A stretch of 64,000 nucleotides of DNA from positions 5,146,001-5,210,000 of the forward strand of contig NC_043025.1 of the NCBI RefSeq assembly GCF_006345805.1, given 5' to 3'. Numbering within the stretch: position 1 is the first letter of the stretch; each line of letters begins with the position of its first letter. Positions 26,346-38,842 of this stretch are shown piece by piece. Position numbers and translations under genes: made by a program. Under the pieces are notes generated by a model. The model was given only the letters and a program-made list of their open reading frames with translations. It had not been told where the DNA came from and made no database searches. The stretch comes from Octopus sinensis (taxonomy: Eukaryota).

Positions 26346-27094
26346 GCTGTTTCTTTATGGTATCTAGCGTTTAATAATAATTACTGATATTGCCAGTGCT
26401 TTGTGTGGAATTTGGTGATAACTTTTCGCATACACACACACACACACACACATGCAGCTACGTGTGCTATACATGCACACGAAGTCATTGAGCGAACAGG
26501 AACTAGATGAAGGGGGTGGTTGGCGAGGGGAGGAAAAGAGACTTGTTGTATTGGATGAATAGAATGAGAGAGAGAAAGAGAGAGAAGGAGAGGAAGAGAT
26601 GTTATCTGATGTTTCGAACACTGAATACACATATATATGGATGTATACTTATGTACGTACACACACACACACACACACAATTCTGTAATGATCCTCATTG
26701 AAATATTCAGAATTGTGTCAGCCGTCATTGGTGTTAATTGCAGCTGAACCTGTTGTCATTGAGTAAGTCCAGGTCAGCTGTGATCCAGCTGGCCAAAGGT
26801 CTTCCTCAAACAACTTTGCCTGGGCTTGTGCCCTGGAGGGGAACTTTCTAGGTGCAACACCGCAGCCATTCACAACCAAAAGGGGCCTTTACCTTTGTAC
26901 CTTTTACACACACACACACACACACATCTATATATCATCATCATCATTTAATGTCCATTGTCCATACTGGCATGGGGTTGGACAGTTTGACCACGGCTGG
27001 TATGCTGTAAGGCTGCACCAGATTTCAGTCTGATGTGGCATGGTTTTCTACAGCTGGATGCCCTTCCTAACAACAGCCACTCCAAGAGTGTAAT

Positions 27095-27757
27095 CTTCAA
27101 AGCCACAGTCGAACCAATTCTACTATATGGCTCAGAAACCTGGACGTTATCAAAGAAGCTTGAGAGGCGGTTGGATGGAACCTACACTCGCCTCGTTATG
27201 AGAGCTCAAAATCTCTCGTGGAAGCGTCATCCAACCAAAATGCAAATATATGGGAAACTACCACCTGTGTCATCTCTTGTGAAAGGTAGGAGAGTCCAGT
27301 TTGCTGGACATTGTTGTAGAGCTGAAAACGAGGCAATTTCTACTCTTCTCTGGAAGCCATCTGCTTGCGATACCAGAGGGTGCACACTCTTCGAGAGGCA
27401 GTTGGATGGAACCTACACTCGCCTCCTTACGAGAGCTCAAAATCTCTCATGGAAGAGTCATCCAACCAAAATGCAAATATTTGGGAAACTACCACCTGTG
27501 TCATCTCTTGCGAAAGGTAGGAGAGTCCAGTTTGCTGGACATTGTTGTAGAGCTGAAAACGAGGTAATTTCTACTCTTCTCCACTGGAAGCCATCTACTC
27601 GCGATACCAGAAGGCACACACTCTCCTACCCTGATGTAATCTCCAAGGATACAGGCATCCAGCAACAGGACCTCCGTAATGCCATGATGAACCGTGAAGT
27701 CTGGCGTAGCATGGTAAATTCCATTGTCTCGACCACGGTCGAACAATGATGGTGATG
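27095..27757 (+). mobile_element. 5'-truncated RTE-clade LINE with an internal 231-bp duplication, inserted into a SINE-D copy
   Basis: Encodes FKATVEPILLYGSETWTL...QFAGHCCRA (twice)...REVWRSMV, with a TGA-type tail. Perfect TSD aagagtgtaat at 27084-27094 and 27758-27768. Confidence 0.9.
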
Positions 27758-27920
27758 AAGAGTGTAATGGGTGATTTATGTTCCACTGGCACAGGTGCCA
27801 TTTGCGTGACACCGGTATCTGCCACAACTGTGTTTTGCTTGGCTTGATGGGTCTTCTTCTCAAGCACAACATGATGCCAAAGGTCTCGGTCATTGTCTTG
27901 TTGAGGCCCCATGCACTAAA

Positions 27921-28117
27921 TAGTGCTTTTCAAACTTTTTGCTGGAGCGGAATCCCATGGAAACATTCCACTGGCTTGAGGAACCCCTGTGCAATAATTT
28001 AATAGTCTTATGCACACATATCTGCACAGGGGAATTAAAAATTACGGCCGATTTTAGCAGTTTTGTAACTTCTTGCGGAACCCTAAGGTTCCGCGGAACC
28101 CTGGTTGAAAACCACTG
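27921..28117. mobile_element. hAT (Charlie/MER5-like) MITE
   Basis: (c)AGTGCTTTTCAA ... TTGAAAACCACTG TIRs, with flanks cactaaa/ctctaaa. Confidence 0.65.
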
Positions 28118-28685
28118 CTCTAAAGGATCTCAGCCACTTTGCTTCCATGAGAACCAACGTTTGAAAGGAACTCAGCTATTTTTGCCTCCATGAAGCCCGT
28201 CACGCGAAAGGGACTTGGGCTCATTGCCCTACATACACTTTGCCACACTGGGTTGTGTATTGTGTCCTTGAGCAAGACACTCTATTTCACACTGCTCCCA
28301 TTCACTTATCTGTAAAAATGAGTTGCGATGTCACCGGTGCCAAGCTGTATCATGGCCTTTGCCTTTCCCTTGGATAACATCAGTGGTGTGGAGACAGGTG
28401 GCTGATATGCTTGGGTGACTGCTGGTCTTCCATAAACAACTATCCCTGGACTTGTACCCTAGAGGGGAACTTTCTAGGTGCAATCCCATGGTCATTCATG
28501 ACCAAAGGGGTCTTTACTCTGCCCGGCTCTTGCACTCTTAAACTTATCCCTCAAGCACAGGACTATTTAACACTTATGGCTGGATTTCTAGGCAGTGCCC
28601 CAGCATGGCCACAATCTAATGACTGAAACATGTAAAGGATAAAACAAGGTATATATATGTATATATATATATATATAATCTTCTA

Positions 28686-28913
28686 CTCTTTTACTTGTTT
28701 CAGTCATTTGACTGCGGCCATGCTGGAGCACCACCTTTAGTCGAGCAACTCAACCCCGGGACTTATTCTTTGTAAGCCCAGTACTTATTCTATCGGTCTC
28801 TTTTGACCAACCGCTAAGTGATGGGGACATAAACACATCAGCATCGGTTGTCAAGCAATGCTAGGGGGACAAACACAGACACACAACATACACGCACTCA
28901 CACACACACACAC

Positions 28914-28958
<45 letters not shown>

Positions 28959-29137
28959 TATATATAATATATACGACGGGCTTCTTTCAGTTTCCGTCTA
29001 CCAAATCCACTCACAAGGCTTTGGTTGGTCCGAGGCTATAGTAGAAGACACTTGCCCAAGGTGCCACGCAGTGGGACTGAACCCGGAACCATGTGGTAGG
29101 TAAGCAAGCTACTTACCACACAGCCACTCCTGCACCT
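28686..29137 (-). mobile_element. SINE family A, full length
   Basis: Reverse complement of family A. Confidence 0.88.
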
Positions 29138-29189
<52 letters not shown>

Positions 29190-29458
29190 ACACACACATA
29201 CCTTTAGCAGTTGTATACAAGCTAGTTCTATGTATGTATGTCATACATACAACCTGTGAACCTTTTCCTATTGTATTTCATTAATGAAAAGTTAAGGTTT
29301 GTCTGGAATCTAACCCTGTCACCCCTCTATAATCACCCAATAGACTCATCTGATTTCATCAGATTTCTTCTCTTACATCAACTTACATGTGCACACACAC
29401 ATACACACACACACCCATCACTTTCCTCTCTCTCCCTCCCTCCCTCCCACACACACCC

Positions 29459-29493
<35 letters not shown>

Positions 29494-29768
29494 TCCACTT
29501 CCTCCTTTTCCTCCCTCTCTTCAAAAAAAAGACTAAACTGTTGTGACCAGATCTTAGATTAATTCACTCTAAACAATAGACACACACACACACGCACACA
29601 CTACAAAACGTGTGTGCACACCACCACACACTCACCTATCACACACATTCATATACTGAAGCACTAACAAGTTCACGCACTTCACATCTCTCTCTCTCTC
29701 TCTTTGTCTTCTTTTGGTCTCTGTCTGTATGTGCATACATATGTATGTGTGAGTGAGTGTATACATAT

Positions 29769-29800
<32 letters not shown>

Positions 29801-30120
29801 GTTTATACATATATATATATGCATGTGTTTATAGATATAGATGAGTGTACATATATATATATATATATGCTTATATATATACATATATACATACATTATA
29901 TATATATATATGTATATGTATGTTTATATGCACACACGTTTGTTTATACACACACACATATATACATGTGTGTGTGTGTGTGTTTATATATATATATGTC
30001 TATATGCACACACATACATGTATGTTTATACACACATGCATATATACATATATGTGTGTGTGGTGGTTTATATATATATATATATTATATGCACGCAAAT
30101 ACATGTATGTTTATACACAT

Positions 30121-30156
<36 letters not shown>

Positions 30157-30242
30157 GCAATACATGTATGTTTATACACATGTTTATATATATATATATA
30201 ATATATATATATGCACGCAAATACATGTATGTTTATACACAT

Positions 30243-30282
<40 letters not shown>

Positions 30283-30965
30283 GTACATCCGTACAATAAT
30301 GTTTTGGGCATTGTTCACTCCCAGTGTTAGAGTTTTGATTGTTGTTGCTAATCACCATTATGTTTTTTTACATGTTATGTTTGTTTGGCTTTTTTTCTTT
30401 CTCTCTTCTGTGAAGTTATTTGTGTTTGAAACTCTAAGAGCACACTAGTAACATGATGATGATGATGGTCATGATGATGATGATTATATACTTGTCTGAT
30501 CCCCCCACCTCCCGGTGCTTCCCCCCCCCCCGCACTCTCTCCTTATGTATGTGCATACATATGTAAATATGTATATATACATATATATATACATATATAT
30601 AAAACAGATCTATTTATTACTGATATATATATCTGTGTGTACCTATATACACACACAAACACACACACACACACTTATAAATATGAATTTCTGTCTATTA
30701 CTCATACATGTATGTGTATATGTACCCCTTTATATATGTGTGTGTGTGTGTGTGTATATGGGCATATATGTATTATATATGTGTACTTTGAATATATATA
30801 TATATATATTTTTGTGTGCGTGTGTATGTGTATGTGCACATTAAATATATATGTGTGTATAGATAGATATATATGTATGTGTAAAGATATATATGTGTTT
30901 GTATATGTGTGTGTGTATATATATTATCATCATCATCATTTAGCGTCCGCCTTAAATGATGATGA

Positions 30966-31007
<42 letters not shown>

Positions 31008-31094
31008 TATGTCTATATACACACATGTAACCAGTTATCTATCTATTACGCATATATCTATGTGTATATGTACCTATATGCACGTGGCGCACAA

Positions 31095-31125
<31 letters not shown>

Positions 31126-31856
31126 CACGTTTATGTATAACAATGTGTGTGTGATTTCTTACATCAAACTCTGACCTCAGATTTTAATTGGACATAACTG
31201 TTGGCTCTTATTTCTTTGACAATGGTTTTGTGTGTGTAAACTGATTGTGACTTGTAACAGAAACAACAACAACAGCAACAACGAAATTAACTGTGATGAC
31301 AACACACACACGCACAAACACACACACAGCTACAACCAGAAGGATAATATAACAACCATAAGTTCCTTTATCAGCATCTACTACTACCACCACCACCACT
31401 ACCACCATCCGACACCACCGCCGCCGCCAACACCTCTACACCACCATCATCACTACTATTGCTGCTGCTGTATATGCAGGCAGGAAGTCCAAGATCTTGC
31501 CACTTTTTTTTTCATGACACCATCCGCCACCTCTCATTCATTAATAATAATAATGATAATAATAATAATAATAATAATATAAAAGATGGGCTACAGCAAA
31601 TATTCTGCTCAATACCACAGATTTGCTTGTCAGTTGTTTGACCTTAACCAGTTGAGCATGTCCCTTGGTGGCTGACAATATGTGCATCTCTGATCAGGAG
31701 TAGAAGTAGTGGGGGAGCATCATAGCCATGTGTTGAAAGGAATTCTTTGGGGGTTTGGATAATTCACCTTTGGAAACATGGGTGGTTTGTTCAACATCCT
31801 TAAACAACCTTTATTCAGGGATCCATGCCCTGATGCAGTACCAGGCAGTGGCTCTC

Positions 31857-32120
31857 GGACCATGTTAACACCAAAAATTATTTACATCAAAAAGGTGCTT
31901 TTTTTCTATGTAAATCCCTATTTCTTACGATTTATAAAGCTGAAGTTGTCTGTGTATGGCAGGTTTGGTAGCCTTCAACTAACACTATCTCCTCTGAGAC
32001 CCTGTGGTGCAAGTTGACCAAAATTGAGAGTATGATAGAAGAAGGCTTGCTCTTCAATCCGTAGAAGAAAAAATTCAAATCGGACCATGTTAACACCAAA
32101 AATTATTTACATCAAAAAGG
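31857..32120 (+). mobile_element. Rearranged partial copies of the adjacent Helitron
   Basis: An internal segment (cggaccatgttaacacc...ccctattt) is followed by the 5' half (tataaagctgaagttg...catcaaaaagg). Confidence 0.7.
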
Positions 32121-32188
32121 GTCAACCAAAGCCTTGTGAGTGGATTTGGTAGATGGAAACTGAAAGAAGCCCGTCGTATATATGTATA

Positions 32189-32581
32189 TCTATATATATA
32201 AAGCTGAAGTTGTTTGTGTGTGGCAGGTTTGGTAGCCTTCAACTAACACTATCTCCTCCAAGACCCTGCAGCGCAAGTTGACTAAAATTGAGAGTATGAT
32301 AGAAGAAGGCTTGATCTTCATTCCGTAGAAGATAAAATTCAAATCGGACCGTGTTAACACCAAAAATTATTTACATCAAAAAGGTGCTTTTTTTTCTATG
32401 AAAATCCCTATTTTTTTAACGATTTTTTGACTGCTGTGTCACCATTTTTCGGTGTATTTCAACCAGAAAAATGTTCACTTAAAGAGAATAACTAGCTAGA
32501 TAATGCAAAATTTTTACTTTTCAAAAATTCCTATTCTAAAGGGTCAAAACAAACCTGAGCAACGCCGGGCGATACTGCTAG
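32189..32581 (+). mobile_element. Non-autonomous Helitron (393 bp) inside the (TA)n tract of a SINE-A copy
   Basis: A|TCTATATATATAAAGCTG...cctgagcaacgccggg-cgatactg-CTAG|T. Confidence 0.85.
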
Positions 32582-32620
<39 letters not shown>

Positions 32621-32868
32621 ATACATATATGCACACACACATAACAGTTACTTATTCATACAAGTGGTAGTATAGAAGAAATAAATGTAGTTGAAAATAT
32701 ATTATACACAAACAACAGGCTTCTTTCAGTTTCCATCTACCTATCCCCTCACAAAGGTTTGGTCAGACTAGGGCTGTAGCCAAACACACTTGCCTGAAAG
32801 GTAGCAATAATCTTTAATGTCCTTTATGCAATACTAACTTTTAGCATCTTATATTCAAGAGTAGGTTA

Positions 32869-33251
32869 CTCTCTTTTACTTGTTTCAGTCATTTGACTGT
32901 GGCCATGCTGTGGCCCCGGGACTTATTCTTTGTAAGCCCAGTACTTATTCTATCGGTTTCTTTTGCCGAACCGCTAAGTAACGGGGACGTAAAAACACCA
33001 GCATCGGTTGTCAAGCAATGCTAGGGGGACAAACACAGACACACAAACATATACACACACATACATATATATATATACATATATATGACGGGCTTCTTTC
33101 AGTTTCCGTCTACCAAATCCACTCTCAAGGCTTTGGTTGGCCCGGGGCTATAGCAGAAGACACTTGCCCAAGGTGCCATGCAGTGGGACTGAACCCGGTA
33201 CCATGTGGTTGGTAAGCAAGCTACTTACCACACAGCCACTCCTGCGCCTAT
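32869..33251 (-). mobile_element. SINE family A flanked by direct repeats of about 179 bp
   Basis: Reverse-complement SINE with 32690-32868 repeated at 33252-33429. Confidence 0.85.
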
Positions 33252-33458
33252 GTTGAAAATATATTATACACACACAACAGGCTTCTTTCAGTTTCCATCT
33301 CCTATCCTCTCACAAAGGTTTGATCAGACTAGGGCTGTAGCCAAAGCCACTTACCTGAAAGGTAGCAATAATCTCTAATGTCCTTTATGCAATACTAACT
33401 TTTAGCGTCTTTTATTCAAGAGTAGGTTATTAAGTTTTATTGTTTCTTTCTTCTGCAG

Positions 33459-33596
33459 ATCCAGTACCGTGTCTTGAACATGGCATAGTCCTTCAGCAGA
33501 AAGTGCAGCATGTTGAAAATATAGAGATAGAAGATGAGGAATTACGGGAAACCTTGAAGGATTACAATCAAGACTTTACTGAGCCTAAACTCCAGG
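33459..33596 (+). CDS. CUX1: Internal coding exon of a cut/CUX1-CASP family gene (N-terminal coiled-coil region)
   Basis: Polypyrimidine acceptor ttgtttctttcttctgcag|AT and donor CAGG|gtaagg. The exon is 138 nt, phase 1-1, and encodes DPVPCLEHGIVLQQKVQHVENIEIEDEELRETLKDYNQDFTEPKLQG. This aligns without gaps to the vertebrate CUX1/CASP segment [47 protein letters not shown] (recalled, not searched). Confidence 0.88.
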
Positions 33597-33958
33597 GTAA
33601 GGCACCCACCTACCTTTCTTCATATCTATCTTTTGTTCTCTAGTTATTGTTGTTGTTGTCTTTCTTGTACGTATATTCATCCATCCATTTTGTTATGTCT
33701 GTCTGTGTGTCACCAGTATTATTTCGGAAATAATTGATGTTTCAATTTCTGTTACCTTGCTTTATCGACCCCATGGCCATGTGTGCAGATGATATTAAGC
33801 CAATTCAAATTGGCACCCAGTAACAGAAAGGGTGGGCATCCCCATCTGAACTATCTGTAATAAACTGCCCTCACCAGAGTATACATGTGTGGAGGGTCAT
33901 GGAGGGATTTGTATTTTATTTTTTCATCTTATTTTTGCAGCATCTTTTTTGTCTAAGG

Positions 33959-34311
33959 CAGTGTTACTCAACCATTTGTTTTGTTGTTTTTTTTACCTAT
34001 GAACCCCCTTTGATTCCTTTTTTATTCTTCTGGGTCCCCACATCTACCCCCATATTTAAAAAAAAAACCATTATATTTTTTAATTAAATATTATAAGCAA
34101 TTGTGAAAAAAAATTGTATAGATATTCTGTATATCAAAAGGCGGTGCTCCAGCATGGCCACAGTCAAATGACTGAAACAAGTAAAAGAGAGAGAGTATAT
34201 CATATAACCAATTTATTACTCATGAATTTTAACAGTAAATTCTCATACAGACCCCTACCCCCAACATGTCCCCACACCAAGGGTCATTGGGACCCCAGTT
34301 GATAACCACTG
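33959..34311. mobile_element. hAT MITE containing a SINE-A tail insertion
   Basis: CAGTGTTACTCAAC ... GTTGATAACCACTG with 8-bp TSD gtctaagg/ttctaagg. The internal SINE tail (about 34137-34195) is flanked by gtatatca repeats. Confidence 0.75.
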
Positions 34312-34328
34312 TTCTAAGGAGTATAATC

Positions 34329-35290
34329 TTAACTATTTTGTTACCCTAATTTCTGTTGAGATGCTCTGTGTTTCTTTCAATTGATTTTAAGTATAACAAA
34401 GAATTTAGTAAAATAACTTAGTTATCATTCAGCTGGTGTTAGGAACATAAATTGTGACTAAGGTTTGGTGGAAGATTTTAATTCAAAACTTATGAAAACA
34501 AGACATTTGTACTACAGAGCCAGAGGTGGTTTCAGCCGGGTTGGTGATAAAAGGGTTAAAAATATCATGGTGACTTGAACCCTTTTGTTAACCTATTTGT
34601 GTTGAGATGCTCAATGTTTCAATTAATTTAAATATAACAAAGAATTTAGTAAAATAACTTGGTTATCATTAAGCTAGTGTTAGGAACATAAATTGTGACT
34701 AAGGTTTGGTGGAAGATTTTAATTCAAAACTTATGAAAACAAGACATTTGTACTACAGAGCCAGAGGTGGTTTCAGCCAGGTTGGTATCAAAAGGGTTAA
34801 AAATATCATGGTGACTTTAACCCTTTTGTTACCATATTTCTGTTGAGATGCTCTGTGTTTCTTTCAATTAATTTTAAATATAAAAAGAATTTAGTAAAAT
34901 AACTTAGTTATCATTAAGCTAGTGTTAGGAACATAAATTGTGACTAAGGTTGGTGGAAGATTTTAATTCAAAACTTATGAAAACAAAACATTTGTACTAC
35001 AGAGCCAGAGATGGTTTCTGCCGGGTTGGTATCAAAAGGGTTAAAAATATCATGGTGACTTTAACCCTTTTGTTACCATATTTCTGTTGAGATGCTCTGT
35101 GTTTTTTTCAATTAATTTTAAATATAACAAAGAATTTAGTAAAATAACTTAGTTATCATTCAGCTAGTGTTAGGAACATAAATTGTGACTAAGGTTTGGT
35201 GGTATATTTTAATGCAAAACTTATGAAAACAAGACATTTGTATTACAGAACCAGAAGTGGTTTCAACTGGGTTGGTATCAAAAGGGTTAA
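34329..35290. mobile_element. Tandem array of four piggyBac-type MITEs (period about 243 bp)
   Basis: Each unit is TTAA-CCCTTTTGTTACC...GGTATCAAAAGGG-TTAA, separated by aaatatcatggtgact. A solo fragment lies at 56825-56900. Confidence 0.8.
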
Positions 35291-35459
35291 GTACACACAA
35301 CTTAGAGATAGGGGTTCAATTCTCACTGATGTTGTCTCTTTAATATGTGTTGATATGAAGAAAACTGGCACTCTGTTGATTACTGCAACAAAGGTTCCAA
35401 ATGATCTGATCAATGGAACAGCCTGCTCATAAGGTTAACGTGCAAAAGGCTGAGTACCC

Positions 35460-35620
35460 GAAATTTCAAACCTGGGTTTGAAATCTCCCCAAAACACCTG
35501 ATGAAGGCTGGAGGGTATATCAGCCAAAACATTGTGTTAACAACAAACAAGATGAGGGCAAATATCCATCAAATGTAAATAATGTACAGAATTCCTCATC
35601 TCCCAAATATAGAACTGTAT
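35460..35620 (+). mobile_element. 5'-truncated copy of the same HHR element with a short 5' inversion; core mutated
   Basis: Hairpin gaaatttcaaacc-tg-ggtttgaaatctc, then CAC-CTGATGA-A-GGCTG..CAGCC-AAAAC (GAAA changed to AAAA). Downstream aacaacaaacaag...atatccatc matches the reverse complement of 50915-50950. Confidence 0.6.
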
Positions 35621-35629
35621 AATCTATAT

Positions 35630-36225
35630 TCAACTGGGTGACTAGGGTACAATGTCATCGTGACCTAAATTTCACTAGGTGACTTGCTGCTGTGTTGTAA
35701 TGACCCCTTTCAGACTTGGTGCTATGTCATTCAGACCTAGATTTAACTGGGTGACTTTGTATGATGTTGTTATGACCTACTTCATGTCTGGTGATTCACT
35801 GCATTGTCATGCCGACCTACTTGTGACTGGGTGACTTGGTGCAATGTCATAGTGACCTGCTTTAGTGTAGGTAGCTCAGTGCAGTGGCCTGTTGACCTAC
35901 TTATGACTGGGTGACCTGATGCAATGTCATGCTGACCTACTTTAGAGTAGGTGACTGGGAACAATTGCCTCTTGACCTACTTGTGACTGGGTGCAATGTC
36001 ATAGTGACCTGCTTTAGTGTAGGTAGCTCAGAACAATGGCCTGCTGACCTACTTAAGATTGGATGACCTGGTGCAATGTCATATCGACCTATTTTAGAGT
36101 AGGCAGTTCAGCAGTTGCCTCCTGACCTACTTTAACTGGGTGACTTGGTGCAATGATGTGGCGACCTACTTTTGGCTGGGTTACTCAGTGCAATGTCATA
36201 CTAACCTACATTTGAGTAGACTTGC
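35630..36225. repeat. Degenerate tandem repeat of about 40 bp (gggtgacttggtgcaatgtcat..gacctactt)
   Basis: gacct recurs about every 40 bp. Confidence 0.7.
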
Positions 36226-36489
36226 TGAAGTGATCACAGAACAATGGGAGCTGAAGCCTTTTACTCAAGGACACAAGGCATTGTCCCTTCTGGGAATTGA
36301 AAACCTAACCACTAAGCCACGCACACACACACTCATACCAGTCTGAGTAATGGTGTTAAAATAATCAACCGTGTTTTCTCCAAAAATATTTGGCCCTCCG
36401 TATCTTCATACATTTACTTTTTCCTTGCCAGCATGGGTTAGAGGAATTGCCAAAGCCTTATTTGGAATTTTTGATCTCCTTGATTATTT

Positions 36490-37085
36490 ACTTCTTTACT
36501 ACCCACAAGGGGCTAAACACAGAGGGAACAAACAAGGACAGACAAAGGGATTAAGTCGATTACATCGACCCCAGTGCGTAACTGGTACTTAATTTATCGA
36601 CCCCGAAAGGATGAAAGGCAAAGTCGACCTCGGCGGAATTTGAACTCAGACGTAACAGCAGACGAAGTACCTATTTCTTTACTACCCACAGGGGCTAACA
36701 CCCAGAGGGACAAACAAGGACAGACAAAGTGATTAAGTCGATTACATCGACCCCAGTGCGTAACTGGTACTTAATTTATCGACCCTGAAAGGATGAAAGG
36801 CAAAGTCGACCTCGGCGGAATTTGAACTCAGAACGTAACAGCAGACAAAATACCTGTTTCTTTATTACCCACAAGGGGCTAAAGACAGAGGGGATAAACA
36901 AGGACAGACAAAGGGATTAAGTCGATTACATCGACCCCAGTGCGTAACTGGTACTTAATTTATCGACCCCGAAAGGATGAAAGGCAAAGTCGACCTCGGC
37001 GGAATTTGAACTCAGAACGTAGTGGCAGACGAAATACGGCTATGCATTTCGCCCGGCGTGCTAACGTTTCTGCCAGTTTGCCGCC
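36490..37085 (-). mobile_element. SINE family B, three tandem bodies
   Basis: Reverse complement of the 3555-4159 arrangement with the same junction. Confidence 0.85.
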
Positions 37086-37372
37086 TTGATTATTCTTAGG
37101 TATTACTTCTACAGCTGGGTGGTCTTCCTAGCACCACCACATTATAAAGTGTTAGTTAGTTCCCTCTGTGCCACAAGGCACTTTGGGCTGCGACATCTCT
37201 CCAATCAGCCCCGTTTTCTGCCAGTGTTCTTGGTCACACTCCAACTTCTCCACCCTTCTCATCTCCTTTCTTTATCATTGGTCCTTTGCCCTGTGCTTTT
37301 AGGGTACCCTACCGCTCTTTCCCTCTCAGACTGCCACTTTAGTGCCACCATACTGCTTTCTAACTATGTGTA

Positions 37373-38037
37373 TGCAGGAGTGGCTGAGTGGTAAGTAGCT
37401 TGCTTACCAACCACATGGTTCCGGGTTCAGTCCTACTGCGTGGCATCTTGGGCAAGTGTCTTCTACTAGAGCCTCAACCCGACAAAGCCTTGTGAGTGGA
37501 TTTGGTAGACGGAAACTGAAAGAAGCCGTCGTATATATGTATTATATATATATAATAGGCGCAGGAGTGGCTGTGTGGTAAGTAGCTTGCTTACCACCAC
37601 ATGGTTCCGGGTTCAGTCCCACTGCGTGGCATCTTGGGCAAGTGTTTTCTGCTATAGCCCCGGGCCGTACCAAAGCCTTGTGAGAGGATTTGGTAGACGG
37701 AAATGAAAGAAAGCCCGTCGTTATATGTATATATATATATAGGCGCAGGAGTGGCTGTGTGGTAAGTAGCTTGCTTACCAACCACATGGTTCCGGGTTCA
37801 GTCCCACTGCGTGGCATCTTGGGCAAGTGTTTTCTGCTATAGCCCCGGGCCGACCAAAGCCTTGTGAGAGGATTTGGTAGACGGAAACTGAAAGAAGCCC
37901 GTCGTATATATGTATATATATATATAGGCGCAAGAGTGGCTGTGTGGTAAGTAGCTTGCTTACCAACCACATGGTTCCGGGTTCAGTCCCACTGCGTGGC
38001 ACCTTGGGAAAGTGTCTTCTGTTATAACCTCGGGCCT
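37373..38037 (+). mobile_element. Head-to-tail array of four SINE-A 5' halves (period about 185 bp)
   Basis: ggcgcaggagtggctgtgtgg...gaagcccgtcg(TA)n repeats from about 37373, 37558, 37742 and 37927. Confidence 0.85.
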
Positions 38038-38279
38038 GAGGGCCTGTCTGATCCAATTCCAGCGTCTGCGTCTTATTTCCTCCCTGACCCTTTTGATGCC
38101 CATCGTTTTCTCAATTGTATCATTTTCAAACTCTTTGCAGCCCCTTGACGTCGAGGGTTCCCCTTAAACACGTGAATTCAACGTCGTCGTTTGTTCCTCC
38201 GTTCATTTTCGTCACTTCCCAGTTTTCACATCCACAGAAGCCGAAACTGAAGGCAAATCTACTTTGCGAGCATAATAGC

Positions 38280-38660
38280 TCTCTTTTTTACTCTTTTACT
38301 TGTTTCAGTCATTTTGACTGCGGCCATGCTGGAGCACTGCCTTTAATCGAGCAACTCGACCCCGGTACTTATTCTTTGTAAGCCCAGTACTTATTCTATC
38401 GGTCTCTTTTTGCCGAACCGCTAAGTGATGGGGACGTAAACACACCAGCATCGGTTGTCAAGCAATGCTAGGGGGACAAACACAGACACACAAACACATC
38501 CACACACACACACATATATATACATATGTATATATACGCTGGGCTTCTTTCAGTTTCCGTCTACCAGATCCACTCACAAGGCATTGGTCGGCCCAAGGCT
38601 ATTGTAGAAGACACTTGCCCAAGGTGCCATGCAGTGGGACTGAACCCGGAACCATGTTGG
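38280..38660 (-). mobile_element. SINE family A
   Basis: Reverse complement of family A. Confidence 0.85.
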
Positions 38661-38805
38661 TGGCCGCCATGGGTTTTGCAGTAAATCACTAAATCATCCA
38701 TAACTTTTGTATTATCCTCTCAAATTACATCAAAATCTCAGGCAATAACAAATAATATCATATTTATTGTCTGTGAAAATTATAGAAACATTTGGCCGCC
38801 ACTGT

Positions 38806-38806
<1 letters not shown>
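38660..38806. mobile_element. Tc1-like terminal fragment
   Basis: Ends in tttggccgccactgTA, the reverse complement of a TA-CAGTG Tc1-type terminus. Confidence 0.4.

Positions 38807-38842
<36 letters not shown>

Noticed and set aside
25911-26387. Gly/Ser-rich loricrin-like ORF
   Set aside because: (GGT/AGT)n microsatellite.
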